NCBI GenBank assembly: GCA_002633005.1
Contig: NMRA01000314.1
Location: forward strand, 282,898-346,897
Source: Phoronis australis
Taxonomy: Eukaryota; Animalia; Phoronida
Length of the DNA stretch: 64,000 nucleotides
Direction: 5' to 3'
The notes beneath the pieces are model-generated. The model was given only the letters and a program-made list of their open reading frames with translations, did no database searches and had not been told where the DNA came from. The position numbers and the translations under genes are program-made. Of this stretch, positions 54,112-64,000 are shown piece after piece. Numbering within the stretch: position 1 is the stretch's first letter; each line of letters starts with the position of its first letter.

Positions 54112-54514
54112 AGGGCCTTTCATACTAACGTCGACGCGTCGATGGTTTGGGGAGTTGCGGTCAGTATGAACGCTTAACTCCGGTCCTGGATCGCAGTTAA
54201 GAGCTCCAGTTAACATCGCAGTTAATAGGTGGATTTAAGACCGCAGCGTCGACGCTGCGGTGCAGTATGAACGCTTAACTCCGGTCCAATCGAAGTTATC
54301 GCCAGGTGCCACTGTTATCATCAACAGTTACAGAGTAGTGCCATCACTAATAACTACTAATTTTTGGGTTTAATGATAACCAATCGATTTAAAAATGAGT
54401 TTTATGTCATTTAGCACATTTAAATGTTCCAAATTGTCACATTGAAAAAAATCTTAGCGTGCAGCGCTACCTTACGATAACTTCGATGACGTCAGGGTCA
54501 CCAACCCTTTACTT
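54112..54514. mobile_element. Palindrome-rich DNA-transposon-like end running into the assembly gap
   Basis: Starts agggcctttcatact. Contains palindromes (tcgacgcgtcga; accgcagcgtcgacgctgcggt) and a repeated cagtatgaacgcttaactccggtcc; CpG-rich. The other terminus is not seen. Confidence 0.45.
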
Positions 54515-54578
54515 NNNNNNNNNNNNNNNNNNNNNNNNNNNNNNNNNNNNNNNNNNNNNNNNNNNNNNNNNNNNNNNN
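54515..54578. other. Assembly gap (64 N)
   Basis: Run of n. Confidence 1.
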
Positions 54579-55281
54579 AAAAAATAAAGGCAAAGCAAAA
54601 GAACTGTATCAATAACAATACTTAATTTAATTTTAATAGAAATGTTCACGGGAGAATTTCAAAAAAAAAACATTTGTATAGTTTTTAAAACAGTTCATTT
54701 TCATTTTATGCAACTTTTGAGCTTTTCGTAACAATTGCAGAAGTCCTATTTTTAGAGAGATCCTCATGCCAAGATGAAACATTTTGAAAACAATTCCAAC
54801 AACGGCGTTTTGGAAAACAGCACAGAAACCATCGTTTATCATGAATGTGATCAGACATTTCTGATACCAAACTTTGACATTTCTTACAAAGAATAGTCCT
54901 GCATAACCTTAACACATTCCAGAAGACAAGTTCCTCTACTCAGGTCACCAATAGAGGGCAGTGATTGTAACAATTGCACTTACCTGACACTGTCATCTTA
55001 TAACCACTTAGTCAACTGGAAACAGTTGGTTGTCTATTTATTCTTAAAATCTATTCCAGCATACCATAGTTATTATCCCTTACAAGCAGTACCAGCAGAC
55101 TACCTCCCTTCTATACTAGACCCATCACTGATGTCACTGTCTTACCTATTTAAGTTCCTTGGGTACAGTATTGAGCCATACAATTAAAGCACACAGGATG
55201 TGTAACTGGCACTTGTAGTCAGTACATTCTGCCATGAGCACCTACCCACCACTACAAAAGCTCAGTGTCCGGGTTACTTAC

Positions 55282-55395
55282 TTGTCTTCTAAGCAAACGA
55301 CTTTTGAGACGCTGGCGCATCCTGTCAACAAACATAGACACACTGACGATGGAATCCATCTTGTATTTGTCTCGTTTCGGATTCATCTTTGCCAT
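55282..55395 (-). CDS. Candidate alternative first coding exon of Trio (MAKMNPKRDKYKMDSIVSVSMFVDRMRQRLKSRLLRRQ)
   Basis: In-frame TAA upstream, ATG at 55395, 38 open codons, consensus donor CAA|gtaagt in phase 0 matching the SH3 exon acceptor. No transcript evidence. Confidence 0.5.
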
Positions 55396-57923
55396 CACTC
55401 CTTAATCCAGTACACTTTTGTTTTGATAAGCCAACTAGCAAGAATGCTGACATCGGCACTTTAATTCCATCCGGTACAATGTAAATGACCACCAGTCTGT
55501 ATGCAATCCATGGCTAGCGGTCACATGTCTCAATGAACAAAAAATGGCAAGCGAACCATTGGAGAATCAATTAATTATTACGTTCTCAAGACACTGGCTG
55601 GGTTTGATGAACTCAAGCTGAAATATCAAGTTGACAATTATTGCCGACACCCCGCTGGAGACAGTAATGCATATAAGAACCCTATGCATTAACAAGCATG
55701 ACTATTAACTGATTGACTGAACCTCCCACCAAGTAAACTACACAATAAATGTAACCATGTAATCATAGCTTATATAAATATCAACGGCTAGCCTTGACAA
55801 ACTGAACAAACTGCATAATTTGTTCATAGCCGGAAAATCATTTTGAACCTGTGGTAAGTTTTGTGATCAAAGAGATTTTTAAGCTGGCAGATAAAGTATA
55901 TCTAAATAACAAATGAACGGATTCCTATCCATGCAATTTTCAAGACTTCAAAATCCTTAAGCAGAATGCCCACGTGTCATCAAATATTTAATAATATAAG
56001 CAACAAAACAGCTAACTTTTGAAAATCTGCTTTTCCAGCCCATCCAAGTTGTTCTCGGTCGCATACCATTTTACCTAAGCAACAACTAGCCAATAAGACA
56101 TCACTACAGCATGGACTGACCCTTGGACATAGAGTACATGCACATACAGTTGGTAGAATCATGGAATGTACATCAACACTGATCAACACCAATATTCACA
56201 AGGTGCCATCACTGCTACTTGGTAAACACTTGTCTCAGTATTCTACTCACTGCTATCTACACAATTCTTGGACCTGTTTTTCATAATTTTTCCTGTCAGT
56301 TATTCAACGTAAACCAGTGAATGTGCACCACTTCCTGTTTGCAGCCTACTAAAACATTGTCTCATAATACAAACCACAATGTCCACTGTAAAATTGAAAA
56401 TTTTCAGTTTGGAACAGAAAGAATCAATGAAATTGGGGCGAGTGAGCAAAAATGGTGTTTTATTTGTGCAAGAATTAAGATTAGGAAGTTCGGTTATCTT
56501 CGAAAGAGCAGGTACAAACAGTCGTTTTGCTGCTCTTCAGAACAAGGCAGTATTCGTAACCTCTGTCTTCAGGGAGAAATTCTCCAAGTTCTAAAATTTG
56601 CCACCAAAGCTGATGGACATATCAAGTTGACCAAAGACTCAGTTTCTAAGGTTATGTAAAATTGTAAGGAACCCCGGATAACTCCAGAACAACTGACCAC
56701 TGACCGGGTTAAACTGACTCTTTCAGATACTTTGCTTCACAGTTTTTTCAAAACACTGTTAAGAATGTTTTTAAAATGTTGCACTTTTGCATGAGGGGCT
56801 ATCAAAATAGGACTTGTATGATTTTCATAAAAAAATCAAAAATTACATGTCACTAAAACAAAATGATAATTTAGAAAACTGTATTAGTGTTTCTGAGTCT
56901 TCATCTTGAACATTTACATCACATGAAATATGATAGTGTTATTGCATTTAATGTACCTTGTTTTTGGTAGGTTTCTCTCTAAACAAATGGTCATGTGAAC
57001 AAACTAATGGTAGATCGGTAAATATTAAAAATCAAATTCCACAAGCCTTCAACTTTCAGATGATATATATCAATTTACTTAGTTCAACTCGCATACGTTT
57101 TGTAAAAATTAGACTAGACACACATAATTACAGAGAAACAAAGTACTTCTCAGTTTTTTTTTTCTGGTCAGGCTTCTCTGTGCTGTCAGTCAAGAAAAAA
57201 CTACAGCAGTGGTTACGATTGCTGCTAATGGCTTTAATGCTGCATTAACGCATAACATCGGTTTTAAACCAGGTCACCACTCTCCCTATTGCTCTCCCAA
57301 CAGCATACAACAAATTAAGAGAAGAGTTCATCGCAGGATAGGAAACAGATGACAGTGAGGCCATGAAGTGACCCCTAGGTACATGGGAAATAACTCCATT
57401 AGAACATCACTGATCATGGCCTCAGACCAAAAGTAACAAAAATCACACATACTCAAATGGCACTCTTCAAAAATTAACTCGAAAAAAGGCAGAATATACC
57501 AACTTAACCCATAAGCCCTCCAAACTGTCCATAGATTGAATGGTCTGGAGGTCAACTGACCCAGTCAGGTGATCGTTAGGCTCGCAATAACCCTTTTCCA
57601 TAAGCCTTGCCACTAGATGGCAGTAGAGTACGTAGTGGATAGCGTTTTGCACTTGTGAGATTTCCTGCATTTTTATAACTTCTCTTCTCCACTGTTGTGT
57701 AATGGAATAACCAAACGATTCACTCACAAATCATGACCAAAGTCTTAAATTCACTGTGACCGAAAGAATCACATTTTGTCCCTGTAAACTTGGCCGTTGC
57801 GCACACCCGAAATAGAAAATGGGTCAAATGAAAAATACATTCATGTTTTCACGCTGGAGAATTTTAAGCCATGTGATCCATAATGAAAAACTGTAAACAT
57901 ATCTAAACATTACATAGTCCAAC

Positions 57924-58110
57924 TTGAAGCCTATAGAGACAGTTGCCAGTTATTGTTACAAACCTGAAGCCTATAGAGACAGCTATAAAGTTACTGTTAC
58001 AGATCTGAAGCCTATAGAGACAGTTACAAGTTATTGTTACAGCTCTGAAGCCTATTGAGACACTTACCAGTTATTGTTACAGACCTAAACCCTATTTAGA
58101 CAGTTACCAG
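57924..58110. repeat. Minisatellite of about 39-41 bp (tgaagcctatagagacagttaccagttattgttacagacc), about 4.5 copies
   Basis: Directly visible. Confidence 0.9.
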
Positions 58111-61100
58111 TAGTTATGAACTTCTGTCCATTAAGGTATACAATAGGTTAATACCATTTAACATTACCTAGTTAACCTACCTAGATCAACTGACATCAAA
58201 GCAATTCAAGCCTAACTAAACCAGCTTCACTAATAACTCTGGACATAATGAAGAGATCCTCTATCCCGAGGCATCATACCTACGTTAATTACAAGGGACA
58301 GTTGAATGCAACAGGGAACCACGCTATACTTTCCTACACTCAGTGAAAATCCAAACCAGGTGTAAATCAAATAACAAACTAATAATAGGCATTTTTTAGA
58401 GCCAGAGAATTGCACTGAAAACTTCTCATGCGTATAGAACAATGTTACCATTTTACCAATGACAAATAGTTCACATGCTGTTTCTAAGTTTAGCAAAAAA
58501 GTGGGGGACAGAATGCTCTCTTGTGGTCCACATTCACATGAGGTCTTAAGCCTTGCATGAAGAAAGTCAGCATGAGGCCTTACATAACAGACAGGTTCCT
58601 GCTGTGCAGTAAAGTGTTAGCAACACCAGGCCAAGGAAAAATGGGACAAGAATTCATTCACCTTGTGTCTCATTTTGCACCGTTACACATCACTTTGTTA
58701 GCAGAGCTAAACTCTGAACCATAAGTAGCAGAGTATTTCAAAAATAATTATTGAACTAACAGCATCAGCTACCTCAGATTCAGCAAATCGCTGGCACATA
58801 ATGGCCAGAATTGGCGATTTGCAATAAAATGTCAAAACATATTAACGGATTTTGTTGTTTCAAAGCTCTGGTTAAAGCTAATAACTTCAAGAAATCAAAT
58901 CTATTAACAATTCTAAAACTGTTTTTCAACCATAAAACTGATAACGTCCCTTTAAAACAATTAGACAAAGTAAGGGGTGACCACAGTAAATGAGGAATGG
59001 AATGTCAATATGATCATTTATGAGAGATAAGAGAGATACCAGCAATGAGAAGCAGGTTTATGGTAATTATTCAACTACTTAGCAAACCATATGGCGTTGG
59101 AGAAGTGAATTTGTGTTTTTTTGTTAAATTTCGCAACAAAAATATAAATAAAATTAAAGCCTGATGTAAACTTGGTTTGTAATGAGTAGAAGTCCAAAAA
59201 AAGATTGGGTAACACTAACACTATTTCAAGCAAAGTAATCAGCCTTAATAAGATAGAAAATTGCCAATTTTATTTTTTCAAAATAATAGAAGAGTTATCA
59301 ACACTTTTTGATATACAATGCCACAGCTACATTAATATTTCTCATCTATGCACAATTTATACGAGACTATAATGGTCACTTTCCACTTTCGTATTTAGCA
59401 AACAACATGGCCGACAAGAGAAATCCTATTTTGTTGAATTTCTACACCAAAGTAAAGATTAAGAACATCTTAAATTATTACAAGCATTGTTTATGGTGTG
59501 CAACTGTCATAAAACAACATTTAAAGTTACCATTATTCGCAAAAAACGTAATTAGCTGCTGAAAAACGTCCATTTTGGCAATTTCAACAAGAAGGAGAAA
59601 AGTGAAGAAATACAGTAGACAACTAGAATAGACATGCACATTTCAGACTATCAATTTGGAAACGGAAGCACAGCCATAATTTTTAAAAAAATTGACCCTC
59701 GCTAGATAAGGAATTAGAAAAGGCAGACCTGACCAAGCCAGTGTGACACTGCTGCTAACAGACCCCAACCACATGACTAAAAGTCTGTTCACTGCAACCT
59801 CTGCTTGCCTCAGTCTATCTCACCAATACAGCATACTGCCACTTCCTTCATCATCGGCGCCACATCCGACCAAACAGTTAATTGTTTCACATGATCAACA
59901 AATGACACTTCAAGAAAACTCTCAGCTTGGCAAGCACAACACCTGCCTGCTGAGGTCGTTCACAGGAAGAGCACACAGGTAACACAAGGTGTGCAGCACA
60001 ACTTGAAAACTAATTGAGTATCGAGATTGATCAAATGATAACAAAATAACGAGATCAGGCGGAGGTACCAGTAGCTCATATACGTTTAATCGAACGTAAA
60101 ATCTGCAACTTCACTTTTCATTAAAAAAATGCCCAACTCGTAATTTCTTCTTTTGGAACCAATTGTTACACTGCTCCACAACTTGGAATTGATTGATATT
60201 TTCATTGTACCAGCCATTCCAATAATAAAGATCAAAGTTTTTATGCTATATTTGTCGAGAAATTTCAAAAAAATATACTTTCACTTTGCTGTGCTGTGCT
60301 ATTTTAAACTGAAGGGGTACCCAATTTATAATTAGAAACTCAAACACCTGAATTTGCAAGTATGTTATTTCTTCGGATAAACGTCTGAGCAATATCATAT
60401 TTTTTGGATAAATGTTCGAGACAAGAAATTTTTCAAACTTGTGGGCTCGGAGGGAAGCTGAGCATGGGTGTTTAAAGGCAGGATTTTTGAAAAGTTAGAG
60501 TGAGTGTTTACCAGAACAGCTAATATTGTGTTTGTAACAAGGAAGTTACAATGCCGACATCATGCGCAAGATCAACACAAAGCATTGAAATGCGCTACAA
60601 CTGCACCGCAAATGGCATGATTCTAGGGCTATTTCTTACAACCATTTATATGTGCATATAAAACACTTTTTTGGCCAACGTTAAAACGTGACTGTTGTTG
60701 GTGAATTCCCAAACTATACGCCTCTCTACAAAGTTCTATCGTAAAGTCCGTCAAGCCATTTGAAAATGGTAATGGTCTCTTAGTAAGTAGTACAGCATTT
60801 TGAGAACCACTTTTCTCCACTGAATTAGCGGGTATCAAACTGGTTCTCAAAATGTGGGACCCCTATACCTGACTATTGCTGCACATACGCAATATGCCAA
60901 GTTCCATCCACATGTGACAGTCAATAACTGACAGAAAATCTAACAAGGAGACTGGCCTACTGCAGTCAGATCAGTACGAAAGTCAGCTGCTGCCAGCGCA
61001 TGCCCATTCACGATGCAAAGTTTGATCAAAATTGGTCAAGCTGTTATGACAATAATTGACAGACAAGCAACAACTAAAACAGCCAACAGGGGGTGCCACA

Positions 61101-61263
61101 GAAGTCAATTTCGTTGGATGATCCAGTTATGCCATCGAATCCCAGCCATAATCTTGTTTCAAATTTCATCAAAATCAGTGTAATAACAATAACCAACCGA
61201 CAACGAAAATCTTTTGAAAACTAAAATTGAAAACAGGGTATGCGGGAGTAGCTGACTGTGAGC

Positions 61264-61409
61264 GAGCATAGACTGGTCTGCGGAACATTCCCGAGCATTG
61301 ATTGGTCTGCGGAACATTCCCGAGCATTGACTGGTCTGCCGAACATTCCCCAGCATTGACTGGTCTGCCGAACATTCCCCAGCATTGACTGGTCTGCGGA
61401 AAATTCCCA
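61264..61409. repeat. 29-bp minisatellite (gactggtctgccgaacattccccagcatt), about 5 copies
   Basis: Directly visible; explains the three overlapping repetitive minus-strand ORFs. Confidence 0.92.
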
Positions 61410-61479
61410 TAACATACTTCTGAGTTAAGGTTTAGCAAGATTCGGTTAATTGTTTCACGAAAAACTTACTGAAAATTTG

Positions 61480-61597
61480 AATGGTCAATGGATGGCCAAG
61501 GATGTTGAAACAGTCAACGGGTGGCCACAGATGTTCAAATGGTCAATGGGTGGCCATGGATGCTCTAACGGTCAATGGGTGGCCACAGATGTTGAAT
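61480..61597. repeat. 29-bp minisatellite (aatggtcaatgggtggccacagatgttca), about 4 copies
   Basis: Directly visible. Confidence 0.85.
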
Positions 61598-64000
61598 TCG
61601 ACCTGAAAACAGATTGGTGTTGGCGCTTTTCCACCACATACCAGTATAACGTTTCCACACAATTTGTCCAGCCCTTTTCCCAAAAATTGATGGACAAGGA
61701 ATTTTTATTAAAAACTAAAATGGCCATGAGGCCAGTCCATTTGAAAATCACCTGAAGTCAGTTCAATTCAGACAGGTTATTCTGTACCAAATGTGATTAG
61801 AATCCATGAGGTGATTTAAAATTGACGGAATAGCAAAGGTAATGACCGACTGGATGTAAAATACATATGGCTTTTTATGGGCACATGAGAAAATGGGGCA
61901 CAATGCACACTTAAAATGTTGCATTTGGGAGCCAAAACGTAAGTAAACTGCATGTGTTTGAGCACCTAAAGTGAGACATAATGCCATGCAAAAACCTTCT
62001 ACTGACTGCGAATAACTGATGTCTGTATTACTGAGCATGGACGCTTGAAAAGTAAAATTAAACAATTATGGGGGTGGCATTTAAACAAACTAAGTGTTTA
62101 CCCTGACCATTGACGACACTCATCATCCCTAGGTCCTAGTATTACCTGCAGAATAGTTGGGAATGAATTTGACCTTATTTCTACATTAGCGGAAAACTAC
62201 ACCTAGCTCAGTTCATTTTTGCAAAACCAGTTGTACCACAATGCATCACTGAACCATTGGATCATGGGAAAAACTTGATGTAGCAGAACACAGTATGGGG
62301 AAAGTGGACATATATATCTGAAGACACAGGGGCAAGGATGTCTCCTTGAAAGAAACCTGTTCGCCTAACTCCAAAGATACAGAGACAAACCTTAAAAAAA
62401 ATCCTAAAATTGCCCCCAAGGAGCACGATGATAGTGAATGGCAGAGACGATGGCAATATACACTCACATATATATATGTGGACGCACAAAATTACCAAAA
62501 GACCTTTTCAACAAATTTTTCAAAATCACAAGTCATGGAGTGCTCCACCAAAACAAAACACCATCAAGCTATCTCGACCTCACCTGTTACACGAGACCGC
62601 CAATCACTCAAAATATGAGAGGCTATTCCTGACATAGTATACGATAACATAGGTATGACAGGAGTAAATAATGCGTGAAACAATCCAGTTCACCATAGGT
62701 AAGTGGTTATTGACTACACCATCTGCACACAGACCCAGTGTAGCAGTGACTGGGGTAGAGAGCTTGACCAAACAAAGTGGATGACCAGTGGATAGACAAA
62801 CAGTGGCCACAATGAACTGACCAGGGCTCTGTAAACAAGCAGAGTGGCCTACAGTTGAGCACAAGCTGACCTGTAGAGACTTGAGTGTGAACAATTAATG
62901 GTGTTATAGCTATTCAAGATATGATACAGGCTATTTATGTAGTACTACAGCACAGGAACTTCAACTAGCACAACGGTTGTTTACTTTGAACTCTGGCAAA
63001 GATTCTTTGACTAAGGGTCAACAGTAGTAGCAGTACATATGGCAAGTAGTCCCAGCCTGATACATAGTACATACGGCAGGTAGTCCCAGCCTGATACATG
63101 GAAGGTGCACCAGTGCTGCGCTGCCATGTGATAACCAGACTTACCAAGTGAAAACTATCAAGATTTGCAGAGCTTACTTTAGTCTTAGACTCAAAGTTTG
63201 CGATCAGAACATATTTTAGATCAGCATGACAACTTGCCATACCACATCGTCACCTCTCTCACTATACCGTCCCAACTTTAAAGCTTCATTGTACTTAACA
63301 CAAGATGTCGCTACGTTGTAATGCAATACGAATTTGACGACCAATTGCCACTTCTATTCTTATTTTAAACAATAAAATTGTACAGCGAACAGTGAATAGA
63401 CAAAATAGCAACAAAATGTCGAGAGTGTTGTACTGTGAACAGTCAGAGTAGACAAAATAGCAACAATGTCGATAGTGTACAAAATGGCAGGAAGAGCTCT
63501 ACACTCGCGTGAAGTAGGAAGATAAGTTAAGACGGGTATGATCACTAGTCCAGTCTTTTCAAGCATACAAACTTCAGATTGGTCTAAATCACTTTTCATC
63601 ATGGGTGTAAAATGATTGTGGTCAAGAAAGAATGTTAGTCCACCGATCTGTAATGTGAGAGGACCTTTAAAAGTTCTTCAACTGTCATAAATGGAAGCGT
63701 TGATTAAATTTAATGTACTAGTCAAATGCCTTACCATGGAGACACCATGTGGGAGTACTTTTTACACTATTTCAACAAACTGAAGTCCTTTTTGTGATGA
63801 TAGACAAAGCTGTTGCAAAGCATTCATTTCATCACAAGGTCGATACTGACTACAAACCATGTATCCATTTACTCCAAGACACAACTCTATGCACTTGTCA
63901 AAAGAGAATTAAAAGAGATAGATTGTTCATTAGCGCCATGATAAGCAATATTCACTCACCAAGCAAGAGTAACAGTGTGACTGTATGAATGTGACAAGAA

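Noticed and set aside
54984-54996. ATG ACA GTG TCA G|gtaagt mini-exon on the minus strand
   Set aside because: Its phase-1 donor is incompatible with the next (phase-0) SH3 acceptor, and it is too short to distinguish from chance.
61159-61438. Three overlapping repetitive ORFs
   Set aside because: A 29-bp minisatellite read in three frames.
63735-63748. ATG|gtaagg Met-only first exon on the minus strand
   Set aside because: An out-of-frame ATG in better context lies 11 nt upstream, and there is no other support.
1-64000. tRNA, rRNA or snoRNA genes, intact transposase or RT ORFs, or prokaryotic systems
   Set aside because: None recognised by eye. Small structured RNAs cannot be excluded without tRNAscan-SE or Infernal.

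Overview
AT-rich, repeat-rich animal genomic DNA, not prokaryotic. It is probably an invertebrate deuterostome, but that is inference only. The assembly is draft quality: single-N joins at 14689, 18838 and 39736 and a 64-N gap at 54515-54578. The whole window lies inside one minus-strand gene of the Trio/Kalirin RhoGEF family. I reconstructed nine phase-compatible GT-AG exons by hand (50764 down to 865; 1185 nt, 395 codons). They encode SH3 #1, the linker with the RKWLT.PVR and PPPM.IQ motifs, and the N-terminal part of the second (RhoA-type) DH domain; the gene runs off the window's left edge. Most ORFs in the supplied track are spurious. The introns hold MITEs, a TTAA-flanked Kolobok-like transposon, a LINE 3' end, many minisatellites and a 2.2-kb tandem duplication that is probably a haplotype artefact. 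Best leads: (1) a foldback Penelope-like remnant with a hammerhead-ribozyme-like core (41413-41720); (2) a duplicated DH2 exon end that creates an in-frame second splice donor (814-864); (3) several phase-matched candidate alternative first, cassette or terminal exons. I found no evidence of a wholly new biological system.
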